NCBI GenBank assembly: GCA_963777605.1
Contig: CAVZRV010000007.1
Location: 640,001 to 704,000 of the forward strand
Reading direction: 5' to 3'
Origin: an uncultured Acidobacteriota bacterium
GTDB taxonomy: Bacteria; Acidobacteriota; UBA6911; RPQK01; JAPXNP01
DNA: 64,000 nt
The notes beneath the pieces were generated by a model, which did not search any database, was not told the DNA's origin, and saw only the letters and a program-made list of their open reading frames with translations. Position 1 is the first letter of the stretch, and each line of letters opens with the position of its first letter. Positions 1 to 10,059 of this stretch are shown one piece after another. Both the position numbers and the translations under genes were made by a program.

Positions 1-3000
1 ATACGGATAGGCGGACATCCCGTGAAACGGGAGCGGTTCCACCGTTTGGGAGTAGGCCGTGTTCAAGTCTCCGTCCTTGGCCCACCCATCGACAAACAGA
101 AGGAAGTCCCGGGTATACCCTTCGGGAACCGGCCCCAGGCGCTCGTCCGTGAACGTCAAGCGAATCTCGTCGCCCGACCCCATGATCAAAAACTGATCAT
201 CGATCCCTCCCAGTAGCGCCGCCACGTCGCCGTACCGTGTGTAGAAACCCTTCGCCGGATTCCACATGGAAAGAGGCATCCACTTCGAGTAGTCGAACAC
301 CTCGGGCTGCCTTCTTTGCGGGTGGATCACAGGGGTCGAGAAACCGCGATAGGACAGGTCTGCCTGGGCCAGTGAGAGGACAACAGGTTGAACCTTTGGA
401 ACGGCCACGTCACGGCTCATGAAGATCTCGTCCCAGTAAACTGAGAGGCTGGTTACGATTCGCACTTTCCGGGAGGCCGAGAGGAACTTCCCGGTCAGGT
501 CAACGACGATCGTCTTCGGCTTGCCTGCGGGAACGCCCATATCCTCGACTGCGGTCACCCACCGCCCGGAAGGATCCTGAACCTGGAGCTGAGGCATGAT
601 CAGTTGCGCCGTCCGGTCCTGAGCCAGGCGACGGATGGTGCTTCCGTCCGCCCAGTCTACCCAGCCGTTCAGCACGAGAATCGCCGGTTCTCCAATTGAT
701 CGTGCGGATCCGAAATCGAGCTCCACGAAGTGCTTTTCAGCGACCCCGAGGAAGTCCCGCTCAAATGCATCCGGATAAGTCCTGTCCAGTTTGCGGACGC
801 GGTCCCTGACATCATTTCCACGATCGTCGAATGCCGCCACGGGGTACTGGCGATCCCGCACTCCATAAAGACGGAACTTGGGAAACGGCGGGGACTTGAA
901 CTTGTCACTGGTGAAGATGGATTCACCAGCAGGATGGTCTACGGCCAGGAGTTGCACCTTGTCGATGTAACCCACCTCCCGCAGTTCCTCGGTGATCCGG
1001 ACCTCGTAGTGTCCATCGCCATTCTTCGCCATTGCTCCGGCCGGGATCTGGACATACTCATCATGGTCTACGGGAAAGAATACTCCCTCCCCGGCTGCGG
1101 CTCCCAGCGGCGCGACTCCGAGAACGTCGGTAATGAACTGGAACTTCTTCCCATTCCAGGTGAATACCATGGGGCATGAGCCCGAAAGTCGCTGTTTCTC
1201 CTTGTAGACGATGGCCCGATTGACGTCCTGCTCCGGCTCATTCTGGATCAACCCGTTCGGCCAGGTTATGCGAACGGTATCGATCTTGGAGTGGGTACCG
1301 AGCCCGACGTGAATCGGCCGGCCGTCGTAGATCCGCTTCTGGTACAAAGACCCCGCCTTGATCTCGACCTCGGCCGACGGTGCCTCGCGGAGGTTTCGGA
1401 CCCCCTCGAGGCCAATCACGTTCCAGTTGCCTTCCGCACCCCTTCCTTTCAGACAGGACACCGCTCCGTCCTGCCCCAGCACAACGAGGTCGATCTTACC
1501 GTCCTGGTCGAGGTCCCCCGCGTCGATTGCAACGGCTCCGGCCAACGCCGGAACCTCGACACCCGGACCAAACTCACCCCTGCCCTGGTTCGGGAATACC
1601 TTTCCGGCGAAAGCAAGATCGGAGAATCCACGATTCGCCATGTCCGCAGGCGTCGCGCGACCTGTCGATTCGATCACTGCGCCTGCCGAGAACGAGCCTT
1701 CTCGATTGATGATCAGCTGGACGCCTCCGGGCGTATGAGCCAGGAGATCGGTCCACCCGTCGTTGTCCACATCGAAGGCCCGGAGTTCCGATACCTCCTT
1801 TGGCAGAGCCTCGATTTCTTTCGGCTCGTAGCTGCCCGCGAGCATGTCACGGTACAGGACAGCCGGATGATTCACGTACGCGAAGACGAGGTCCGTCCCG
1901 TTGGTGTCCTTGATCAAGTCTACTGAAGCCGCCGCCGAGACATCTCCATCGACAAAGGGAAATTCAGTCGTGGAGTCGACAAATCCCGATTTCCCGCTGT
2001 TGCGCAACAGCGCGTGTCCCTTGCCAAGGAGGAAGAGATCCAGGTCAGAGTCATGATCCAGGTCGTGCCAGAGAGAGAAGTCGTACTGACCGTCATTCGC
2101 GGACTCCTGCTGCGCGATAAATCCGGAAGCATCTCTCTTGAGAAGGACCACACGGCGATCGGTAACCACGCTCAAATCGAAGAGGCCGTCGTTGTCGAAA
2201 TCGGCGGCAGTGACACTGCGAATAGTCTCCCCGGCATCTGCGTCGAACGCGATTACGGGATCTCCTCCAGGCGAAGAGGGCACCATCCGGACCTGCCGGT
2301 CCGTCCAGGCAATGGTCTCGGTCGTGCCGTCCGCTTGACGGTCTCCCACGACAATTCCCTCAGGAGTGCCTTCCAGTTTCCCACCCATGACTTCAGAGTC
2401 GAACGACAACGCCGACTGGAACTTGGCGGCACTCAGGGTCGGCGCCGCAACCGGGTCTACCACGTCCAGGATCTCGGAAAAAAAACTCCAGTCGAGATCT
2501 TCCGGGATCGCAGCTCCGGACTGTCGTCGCTTATTTTCGTTGAACTTCGCGAGCGCCCGATCAGCTTCGGCCTCCCGACCGGCGGCCTTGTAGGCGTTAA
2601 AGAGCTGAAAGTAGGGACCGGCAAGGCTTGGCCCGAGGCGAGCTGCTTCCTCGAACTGCTTCAGCGAGCCCGACGCATCGCCGGTCAGCTTGAGGACCAC
2701 TCCCAGATTGTAGTGAGAGATCGGCTCGTCGGGAACCAATTGGACCATCTTCTCGAATTGTTCCCGAGCCTTGTCATATTGGGCGGCCTTTTTGAAGATG
2801 ATGCCCAGGTTGAACCAGGTGTGGGGAATCTGGGGAGCGTCCTTCTGCACCGCTTCCAGTTCCGCAATCCCCTCATCGGTCTTTCCAGCCCGCAGGAGGG
2901 CCAGACCATAATTGATTCGTTCTCTCGGAGAATCCGGCGCAAGCTCAAGAGCCTTCTTGAACATGTCGACGGCCTGGTACTGGGTCGTCGGGTTCTCATA

Positions 3001-3126
3001 GAACGCCTTGCCCAGGTTTCGGTACTGCCAAAGTTCATCGCTCTCAGAACTGTTCGCCCGGTTGAAGGCCACACTGCCGACCAGAATCAGCAGAGCGGCC
3101 AACAAACCTATTCTCTTAATGGTCAT
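1..3126 (-). CDS. Large exported TPR + FG-GAP/ASPIC-UnbV protein (>1042 aa, 3' end outside window)
   Basis: Not in the ORF track (no stop in window). Hand translation from ATG 3126 gives MTIKRIGLLAALLILVGSVAF (signal) then TPRs (LWQYRNLGKAFYENPTTQYQAVDMFKKALELAP). The same frame gives GSCPMVFTWNGKKFQFITDVLGVAPLG near 1170 and VDGWAKDGDLNTAYSQTVEPLPFHGMSAYPY at the window edge. Confidence 0.88.
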   Translation of the reverse strand, partial: MTIKRIGLLAALLILVGSVAFNRANSSESDELWQYRNLGKAFYENPTTQYQAVDMFKKALELAPDSPRERINYGLALLRAGKTDEGIAELEAVQKDAPQIPHTWFNLGIIFKKAAQYDKAREQFEKMVQLVPDEPISHYNLGVVLKLTGDASGSLKQFEEAARLGPSLAGPYFQLFNAYKAAGREAEADRALAKFNENKRRQSGAAIPEDLDWSFFSEILDVVDPVAAPTLSAAKFQSALSFDSEVMGGKLEGTPEGIVVGDRQADGTTETIAWTDRQVRMVPSSPGGDPVIAFDADAGETIRSVTAADFDNDGLFDLSVVTDRRVVLLKRDASGFIAQQESANDGQYDFSLWHDLDHDSDLDLFLLGKGHALLRNSGKSGFVDSTTEFPFVDGDVSAAASVDLIKDTNGTDLVFAYVNHPAVLYRDMLAGSYEPKEIEALPKEVSELRAFDVDNDGWTDLLAHTPGGVQLIINREGSFSAGAVIESTGRATPADMANRGFSDLAFAGKVFPNQGRGEFGPGVEVPALAGAVAIDAGDLDQDGKIDLVVLGQDGAVSCLKGRGAEGNWNVIGLEGVRNLREAPSAEVEIKAGSLYQKRIYDGRPIHVGLGTHSKIDTVRITWPNGLIQNEPEQDVNRAIVYKEKQRLSGSCPMVFTWNGKKFQFITDVLGVAPLGAAAGEGVFFPVDHDEYVQIPAGAMAKNGDGHYEVRITEELREVGYIDKVQLLAVDHPAGESIFTSDKFKSPPFPKFRLYGVRDRQYPVAAFDDRGNDVRDRVRKLDRTYPDAFERDFLGVAEKHFVELDFGSARSIGEPAILVLNGWVDWADGSTIRRLAQDRTAQLIMPQLQVQDPSGRWVTAVEDMGVPAGKPKTIVVDLTGKFLSASRKVRIVTSLSVYWDEIFMSRDVAVPKVQPVVLSLAQADLSYRGFSTPVIHPQRRQPEVFDYSKWMPLSMWNPAKGFYTRYGDVAALLGGIDDQFLIMGSGDEIRLTFTDERLGPVPEGYTRDFLLFVDGWAKDGDLNTAYSQTVEPLPFHGMSAYPY

Positions 3127-3150
3127 GGTTGTTTTCCCAAGTAATTGGGC

Positions 3151-4890
3151 CTACTTGGAGGCTTTGCCCGCAGGCCCCGATACGATGCCCTTGCCTTCTT
3201 CCACTACCGACAGCTGGTTCAGGGGCGGGGAAATCGTTTCCACAGCGCCACTGGGCCAGCGGATTTCAAGCTGGTCAACCTGATTAACGGTGCCCATGCC
3301 AAAGTGCACCCGAAAACTGCTGGCCGCTGAGTAGCCGTTTCCGCCGACCACTTCGCGAATCTGGGACTGGCCGCCGGACTTCAAGGTGACCCGGGCACCG
3401 ACAGCGTCCCGGCTCGAGCGGGTTCCCTGGAGCTGGAGCGTAATCCAGTTCCCTGGGTTCGAGGTCTGGTTCCGGTAAAGAAGCGCCGGTTGATCCGCAT
3501 TGGTCTGGTAAATGTCGAGCAGTCCGTCACCGTTGAAGTCCGCAATAGCGACTCCACGTCCGTCCAGGTCGTTGTCGACCCCGGCTTCACCGGAAACTTC
3601 CTTGAAGACATGCAACTGGCCCAGGTTCTGAAAGAGCTTGCTCTTCTGGTACCCGCTCCAGCTCATGTTCTTGATTTCGGGCCAGCTGGAAAGGTCGCTG
3701 AAATCGACCCCGGGGGTGATGATCATCTCTACGAGCACCGGGATGTAGTTGTCGTCGCTGGCCGACCGCAGCCCGTTGACGGCAAAGAGATCCTGCCAGC
3801 CGTCATTGTCGAAGTCTGCAAATTTGGCACCCCATCCCCACAACGTGTCGCACGTCCCGGTCTCCCGCGAAAGATCGGTAAACGTTTCGTTGCCGTTGTT
3901 GTGCCAGAGCATGTTGCATTCTTTCATGTACTCGTCGGTAATGTTGGTGACGTACACATCCAGGAAACCGTCGTTGTCGTAATCGGCAACGTCGGCGTTC
4001 ATGCCCTTCTTGGTGTCGAAACCGATCCCCGACTCGGTCGCATCGCGAAAGCTCCCGTCGCCGTTGTTGAAATAGAGCTGGTCGGTCCCATAGTCGCTGG
4101 CCACGTAAAGATCCTGCAGCCCGTCATTATTGAAGTCGCCGTGCCCAACGTCGAGTGTCCAACCATGATAAATGTCCAACCCGGCTTTCGACGTGGCATC
4201 TTCAAAGTGCCCCTTCCCGAGGTTTCGCCACAGGCCGACGCCTCCCCCGTTCTTGGCATTGTCGAGGTCCTTCGGGAGTACCTGGGTGGTCTTCAGGTCC
4301 AACAGGTTGTATGGCCCGAAATAGTTTCCGAAGATGACGTCGAGCAGCCCGTCGTTGTCGTAGTCAACCACCGTCACCGAGAGCGTGTTGGCGAACTTGT
4401 CGATGCCGCAGCCGGCCGATACATCCTTGAAGGTACCATCACCCTGGTTGTGATACAGCAGCGGCGTCCCGAAACGGGCGACCAGGAGGTCCTTCCAACC
4501 GTCGTTGTCATAGTCGAAAAAGATCGCGTCAGCGACTACGGTGTCGGGGGCGTTCCCTCCGCCCACGCCTGCCTTTTCGGTCTGGTCGGAAAAGGTGAAG
4601 TTCCCTTCGTTCCGATAGAGACGGCTGCTCGTCCCTTCGTCGGAGTTGGTGACAAAGAGGTCTTCGAGACCGTCATTGTCATAGTCTCCAACCGCGGATG
4701 AGGCCCCACCCGCCGTAAACATGCCGAGTACGTCCGAGTGCGGACCCTTGAACTTTCGAGTCTTATGCAAGTGCCTGACACCGGCCTGCTCGCCGATCTC
4801 TGCAAACCGGATCCCCTTCTCGGAGCTGTCATTGGCAGCCGCCAGGCCTGTCCCAGTCAAAAGAATCATCAATGCGATTGCGGTTCTCAT
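3151..4890 (-). CDS. CRTAC1 family / FG-GAP repeat + ASPIC-UnbV protein, exported
   Basis: Signal peptide MRTAIALMILLTGTGLAAA; repeated DYDNDGxxDL and LYxNxGDGTF motifs; C-terminal DAVGARV...HFGMG...IRWPSG. Start may alternatively be GTG 4899. Confidence 0.9.
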   Translation of the reverse strand: MRTAIALMILLTGTGLAAANDSSEKGIRFAEIGEQAGVRHLHKTRKFKGPHSDVLGMFTAGGASSAVGDYDNDGLEDLFVTNSDEGTSSRLYRNEGNFTFSDQTEKAGVGGGNAPDTVVADAIFFDYDNDGWKDLLVARFGTPLLYHNQGDGTFKDVSAGCGIDKFANTLSVTVVDYDNDGLLDVIFGNYFGPYNLLDLKTTQVLPKDLDNAKNGGGVGLWRNLGKGHFEDATSKAGLDIYHGWTLDVGHGDFNNDGLQDLYVASDYGTDQLYFNNGDGSFRDATESGIGFDTKKGMNADVADYDNDGFLDVYVTNITDEYMKECNMLWHNNGNETFTDLSRETGTCDTLWGWGAKFADFDNDGWQDLFAVNGLRSASDDNYIPVLVEMIITPGVDFSDLSSWPEIKNMSWSGYQKSKLFQNLGQLHVFKEVSGEAGVDNDLDGRGVAIADFNGDGLLDIYQTNADQPALLYRNQTSNPGNWITLQLQGTRSSRDAVGARVTLKSGGQSQIREVVGGNGYSAASSFRVHFGMGTVNQVDQLEIRWPSGAVETISPPLNQLSVVEEGKGIVSGPAGKASK

Positions 4891-4895
4891 TAGTC

Positions 4896-5627
4896 TCACC
4901 ACACTTCTGAAAGGTTGGTGCTCACGCGCACGTTCGGGTCATAGGCGACCTTCACGATCGACATCAGTTCATCATCCGAGGCCGCAAGCCGCTTCTGCAG
5001 GTCCGGGCTGCCCGGGAACTCCGCAAGACCTTTTTGCCACGCCTCGCGCGCTTTGGCGGGTTCTTCATTCTTGAAGTAGCCATCCCCAAGCGAGACCCAG
5101 GCCCGCACGTGATAGGGTTGCTTGCCCAGGCTGTTGCCCAGTTTGATGGCAGCTTCCAGATCATCGATTCCAAGCTGCGTCCGGTTGAAGATCTTGGGCC
5201 AGAAAAGGTAGCTGTTTCCTCGCGTATACAGACCGATCCAGGTCGGTTTGATCTCGACCGACTTCGTGAAGTAGGAGAGGGCCGTGTTGGCGTTGATCAC
5301 CTGCGTGATTGCCCCGGCATCGGGAATTTTGTCGACGTAAGCGAACCCGAAGTTTAAGTAGGCATTGGATGCCTCCGGGTGATCCGCTACGAGTTTCTCG
5401 AAGAATGCGATGCAGCGGTCATAAGCCTTCACCTTGATGATGGCCTGACGATATTCGCTGCCGTACTTCAGGTTGTCAGGATCGGCAGTGAGTGCAGCCT
5501 CGAAATGATCGAGCGCTGACTCCACGTTGCCCGACGCAACCGCCTCGGTCGCCTCACGAAAATCCTGCTCGGCGTCGGCGGCCGGAGCAAACATCAACAA
5601 CGCCAGTAACACGTTGAGTTTCAGCAT
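4896..5627 (-). CDS. Exported tetratricopeptide repeat protein
   Basis: 243 aa; signal peptide; TPR-like helices (NAYLNFGFAY, RAWVSLGDGYFK...AREAWQKGLAEFP); stop abuts the next start. Confidence 0.85.
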   Translation of the reverse strand: MLKLNVLLALLMFAPAADAEQDFREATEAVASGNVESALDHFEAALTADPDNLKYGSEYRQAIIKVKAYDRCIAFFEKLVADHPEASNAYLNFGFAYVDKIPDAGAITQVINANTALSYFTKSVEIKPTWIGLYTRGNSYLFWPKIFNRTQLGIDDLEAAIKLGNSLGKQPYHVRAWVSLGDGYFKNEEPAKAREAWQKGLAEFPGSPDLQKRLAASDDELMSIVKVAYDPNVRVSTNLSEVW

Positions 5628-5647
5628 AGTTCGTTACCTCTTATAAG

Positions 5648-5669
5648 GGGCACCGTCTCAACGGCGCCC
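5648..5669 (-). other. Intercistronic GC-rich hairpin (possible mRNA stabiliser or weak terminator)
   Basis: Minus strand GGGCGCCGT-TGAG-ACGGTGCCC, a 9-bp stem with one G-U pair and no long U-tract. Confidence 0.35.
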
Positions 5670-5679
5670 ACCCTGTACT

Positions 5680-7407
5680 TCAGTGGTGTTCCCACGTCAT
5701 CGGTTCGATTGCCCCGCCCTCGGTGACCGTGTACACCCGGTCTGCGGCAACACCCTCGAACGCCTGCACGGTCCCCGATGGCCATCGCACTTCCACTTTG
5801 TCGATCTTCGATTGGTCCGCGAGGCCGAAATGGACCCGCAAGGTGCTTTGTGAGGCGAAGCCATTTCCCCCGTTGACAAAGCTGAGCTGGGTGCGTCCGC
5901 CGGACGTGATGCGCACCTGGGCTCCGACGGCATCGCGGTTCGAAAGGGTGCCTTTCAGTTTGAACTGAACCCAGTTGGTCTTTTCGTTCTGCGGGACCTC
6001 ATTGCGGAACAGCTCCGGTGTTGAATTCGCGTTGGCCACAAATAAATCCAGACGCCCGTCGTTGTCCAGGTCGGCGACCGCGATGCCGCGGCCATCCTTA
6101 AGGGAGTCGAGGCCAAATGTCGGAGCCTGGTCCGTGAAAAGCCCCCCGTGCTGATTGTGGAAAAGCCGGCTGCGCTGGTATCCACTCAGGGTCTTGTTTC
6201 CCATCGGTGGCCAGCTTCTCGCATCGGCCAGATCGATTCCCGGCTGGACGATCACCTGAAAGATGTCCAGGACATAGTTCTCCTTGCCGGCCGATACCCA
6301 CCCGTTGACCACGTAGAGATCTCGCCAACCATCGTGATCGTAGTCGAAAAATTTGCCGGCCCATCCCCAACCCGTGTCGTAGGTGTCGGTCTCTCTCGAG
6401 ACATCCGAAAAAGTCAGGTTCCCATTGTTGCGCCAGAGGAAGTTCCCTTCCCTCATGTATTCGTCAGTGATGTTGGTGACATAGATGTCGAGGAACCCGT
6501 CGTTGTCGTAGTCGCCCCAATCGACATTCATCCCTTTCTTGGTGTCGATGCCGACCGCCTTTTCCGTGATATCCGCGAAGTGCCCGTCGCCCAGGTTCTC
6601 GAAAAAGCGATCCGTGCCGAAATCACAGGCGATGTAAAGATCATCATCTCCATCGTTGTCAGCATCGGCATGGCCAAGGTCGAGGGTCCAACCGCTTAAT
6701 TTGAATCCGATCTCGGCCGACACTTCGTTGAAGGTCTTGTCGCCATTGTTGCGATAGACGAGCAGGCCGCCACCGTTGTTGGCAGTCTCGAAGCTCTCGG
6801 GAAAGAAGCGGGGCGTGTCCGGGTTGAAGACATTGACATCTCGAAAGTAGCCGCCGACGAAAAGATCGAGGTCGCCGTCCCGGTCATAGTCGAAGACGAT
6901 CCCGGTGATGCTGTTCATGTACTGCGTCAGGCCGGCCTTTTCAGTCACATCGGCAAAGGTTCCATTGCCCTGGTTCTCGTACAGGATCTCGGTACCAAAC
7001 CGAATCACCAGAAGGTCGGAATCCCCGTCATTGTCATAGTCGAACCAGAGCGCATCGGCACACGCGTTCGCCTTGTCATTTCCGCCGGCAACGCCGGCCT
7101 GCTCGGCAACATCGGTGAAGGTGAAGTCTCCGTTATTGCGATAGAGATGATTCTTGCCGTCCAGCTTCGAGTCGGTCACGTAAAGGTCTTCGTAGCCGTC
7201 GTTATTGAAATCACCCACCGCCACTGCTGCCCCGAGCGCCGTGTAGCCCTCCATGATGTGCGCGTACTGGTTGTCGAACGAACGATTGGTATGCGGATAG
7301 GCCACCCCTGCCGGACCGGAAACCTCTTTGAACCAGTCCGGTCCGGGTTCATCCGAAACCGGGGCCAACAGTGCCAAAATCGCGGTAAGAATCGCCAACG
7401 GTATCAT
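5680..7407 (-). CDS. CRTAC1 family / FG-GAP + ASPIC-UnbV protein, exported
   Basis: Start MIPLAILTAILALLA overlaps the upstream stop (ATGA); FG-GAP repeats; C-terminal NRDAVGAQV...HFGL...RWPSG. Confidence 0.9.
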   Translation of the reverse strand: MIPLAILTAILALLAPVSDEPGPDWFKEVSGPAGVAYPHTNRSFDNQYAHIMEGYTALGAAVAVGDFNNDGYEDLYVTDSKLDGKNHLYRNNGDFTFTDVAEQAGVAGGNDKANACADALWFDYDNDGDSDLLVIRFGTEILYENQGNGTFADVTEKAGLTQYMNSITGIVFDYDRDGDLDLFVGGYFRDVNVFNPDTPRFFPESFETANNGGGLLVYRNNGDKTFNEVSAEIGFKLSGWTLDLGHADADNDGDDDLYIACDFGTDRFFENLGDGHFADITEKAVGIDTKKGMNVDWGDYDNDGFLDIYVTNITDEYMREGNFLWRNNGNLTFSDVSRETDTYDTGWGWAGKFFDYDHDGWRDLYVVNGWVSAGKENYVLDIFQVIVQPGIDLADARSWPPMGNKTLSGYQRSRLFHNQHGGLFTDQAPTFGLDSLKDGRGIAVADLDNDGRLDLFVANANSTPELFRNEVPQNEKTNWVQFKLKGTLSNRDAVGAQVRITSGGRTQLSFVNGGNGFASQSTLRVHFGLADQSKIDKVEVRWPSGTVQAFEGVAADRVYTVTEGGAIEPMTWEHH

Positions 7408-9740
7408 TTCTCTTCCACCTCGAACCGTTTCGTCTCGAGATTGTCGACGCCCTCGGTGACCACGACAATCTGGTTTGCCTCTACTCCCGTGAACCGCTGA
7501 ACAGTTCCCGTCGCAGGCCACAGAATCTTCAACTCGTCCACAGTTTCCGCATCTCCGATTCCGAAATGCTGCCGGAGGGAGCTTTGAGAACCGTAACCGT
7601 CACCAAGAACGACTTCGGTCGTCTGCAGACGGCTCCCGTTGGTGACCGTGACACGGGCACCAACGGCATCCCGATTCGACTTTGTTCCAACCAGCTCAAC
7701 TTCCAACCAGTTCCGATTCTTGCCGACTTCGTTCTTGAGCAGGGCGTGGCGGTCCGTCGAAGCGGAAACTGCGATGTCCATCACGCCGCGGTTCCAGAAG
7801 TCCGCAACCGCAACGCCGCGGCTGTTGGTCAGCAGATCGTCACCGGCCGGCCGGCCGATCTCCACGAAAGTCCCGTCTCCGTTGTTCCTCAGCATTCGGT
7901 TGCGCTCCCATCCGTGCCATGAGATCTGACCGAAGTGATTGGGATCGAAGAAGATTCCGGTCTTGTAGTCAGCCTGTCGACTGACCACGTTGTTGAGAAA
8001 ATCGAGCTCGATCTCGGTTCCCGGATCGTTGTAGACCCAGCCGTTGGCGGCGTAGATGTCCTTCCAGCCATCGTTGTCGTAGTCGTACATTCCGGCGCCC
8101 CAGAACCAGCCAGGCGGATTGGCTGAGGCGTCCCAGCTGACATCCTCGAAAGTACCGTCACCCTTGTTCTGCAGCAGCGTGTTGCCCGAGGCCATCTGCT
8201 TAAACACCCCGACGAACCCAAAGCCGGACTGACGGAAGATCTCCCAGTAGAGAGGCATGTCGCTCAGCCAGACGCCTTGGGCGAAGGAATTGTACATGTA
8301 GCGGCGAATTGTGGGCGCCTCGGCAAACCAGGCATGATCGGAACGGATATTGGTGACGTAGATGTCCAATTTCCCGTCATTGTTGTAGTCACCCATGGTC
8401 GCGTTCATGCCCGCGCCATAGGCCAGCGTATTGGACTCGACGGTGACGTCCGTAAAGGTCCCGTTTCCGTTATTGCGGTAAAGGGTGTTGCGCCCGAAAT
8501 CGTTAACAGCGTAAAGATCCGGCCACCCATCGTCGTTGTAGTCGCCGAACACGGTGCCGAGACAAAGCCCGACCTCGCCAACGCCCGCTTCCTTGGTTAC
8601 GTTCGAAAAGGTCCCGTCGCCATTGTTGCGATAGAGCTGGTTGGGCTCGCCGTTCCTGGCATAGAAGGTGGTCGGGATGTCCAGGCGCGGATCCAGGTAT
8701 CGTCCGACGTAAAGGTCGATATAGCCGTCGTTGTTGTAGTCGGCCCAGGACGCGACTGTCGTACAACAGTCTTCCCCGATTCCCGTCTGAGCCGTCACGT
8801 CGGTGAACGTCCCGTCGCCGTTGTTGCGGAAGAGCTGATTCGGCTTGAACGTCCGACTGATAAAAGCGTCCTTGTCGCCGTCGTTGTCGTAATCAGCAAA
8901 GACGCCAACGCTGACACCGTCCAACCCGGCAAGACCGGAGGACTCGGTCACATCGTCGAAAGTGCCGTCCTTGCGGTTTCGGAAAAGGCGCGACTCCACG
9001 CCGTCGGGGATGAAAAGATCGTAGTAGTCGTCGTTGTCGTAATCTACCGCCGCAATTCCTCCGGGACCGTAGATGATCATCGCGAACTTGAGATCACGGT
9101 TCAGGAATCCCGGAAAGAACTGGTTCTCGAAGTCAACGCCGGCCTCTTTCGCGATGTTGACAAACTGTCGCTCGTCGGAAATCAGGCGACCTCCCTCGAC
9201 CAGCTCGGCGCCGATAATTTTCAGCGGGTCGCCCGGGAGGAATCGCATTCGGAAATTGGCCCGATCCACTCCGGAAAGGACGGCTCCCCTCGGGGTACCC
9301 AGGACTTCAAAGCGGACCGTTGCCGTCCACTCCTTCGACGACTTCCACTCTTCCAGGCGGTTAACGAAAAACCGAACCTCTTCGATGTTCTCAAAATTCT
9401 TGAAGTAGTCAACCCATTCGGAGACCGCGCCTCGCTGATCGGCATTGTCGCCGGATGGAGCGAAGCGATACTCACGAATGCCGTCCTTCTCCCTGAACAA
9501 GTCGAGCCGGTCCAGGCCCAACACCTTGCCCTGGTAGGAGACATCAAAATGACTCCCGAAGCCGTCGATGTCTCCGGCTTCAATCTGCTTGGAAATTCCA
9601 CCAAGAAAGAGGCTGATCTTTTTGCCCGTGTCAAAGAACTGCAAAGAATCGCTGTTGATTTTGTGAACAATAAAACCACCAGCCACTATGAGAACAACTA
9701 AGGCAACCGCGATCAGGGTGATACGGCGCGTTTTCGACAT
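7404..9740 (-). CDS. Membrane-anchored CRTAC1/ASPIC-UnbV protein with extra ~180-aa N-terminal domain
   Basis: GGAGG RBS before MSKTRRITLIAVALVVLIVAGGFIV (TM anchor); FG-GAP repeats from about aa 225; ASPIC/UnbV C-terminus. Confidence 0.9.
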   Translation of the reverse strand: MSKTRRITLIAVALVVLIVAGGFIVHKINSDSLQFFDTGKKISLFLGGISKQIEAGDIDGFGSHFDVSYQGKVLGLDRLDLFREKDGIREYRFAPSGDNADQRGAVSEWVDYFKNFENIEEVRFFVNRLEEWKSSKEWTATVRFEVLGTPRGAVLSGVDRANFRMRFLPGDPLKIIGAELVEGGRLISDERQFVNIAKEAGVDFENQFFPGFLNRDLKFAMIIYGPGGIAAVDYDNDDYYDLFIPDGVESRLFRNRKDGTFDDVTESSGLAGLDGVSVGVFADYDNDGDKDAFISRTFKPNQLFRNNGDGTFTDVTAQTGIGEDCCTTVASWADYNNDGYIDLYVGRYLDPRLDIPTTFYARNGEPNQLYRNNGDGTFSNVTKEAGVGEVGLCLGTVFGDYNDDGWPDLYAVNDFGRNTLYRNNGNGTFTDVTVESNTLAYGAGMNATMGDYNNDGKLDIYVTNIRSDHAWFAEAPTIRRYMYNSFAQGVWLSDMPLYWEIFRQSGFGFVGVFKQMASGNTLLQNKGDGTFEDVSWDASANPPGWFWGAGMYDYDNDGWKDIYAANGWVYNDPGTEIELDFLNNVVSRQADYKTGIFFDPNHFGQISWHGWERNRMLRNNGDGTFVEIGRPAGDDLLTNSRGVAVADFWNRGVMDIAVSASTDRHALLKNEVGKNRNWLEVELVGTKSNRDAVGARVTVTNGSRLQTTEVVLGDGYGSQSSLRQHFGIGDAETVDELKILWPATGTVQRFTGVEANQIVVVTEGVDNLETKRFEVEEK

Positions 9741-10059
9741 CCCAGACCTCCCTACAGAGCCCGCTACATGGTTCGGCGAAGCGCTACAGGTTTCGAACAA
9801 GTTAACAACGGATCTAAACACAAAGAGCAATAATGAGGATGGATTTTATTTTACTTTCATACTCCGAATCAAGTACCCGGGCCGATATCTTCAGACGTGT
9901 AATCTGGCTCGGACCGGGCCTTCCCAACCGGGGCAACGCCTCGATCTGTCGTAACCGGCTGCAGACACAAAGAATCCCCATGTGCACCGCTCCCACGCAA
10001 AGGCGAGTCTCTGCGGGAAACTCAGATTGGGTAACGCTTTCGAGAAACTGAAGATTCCT

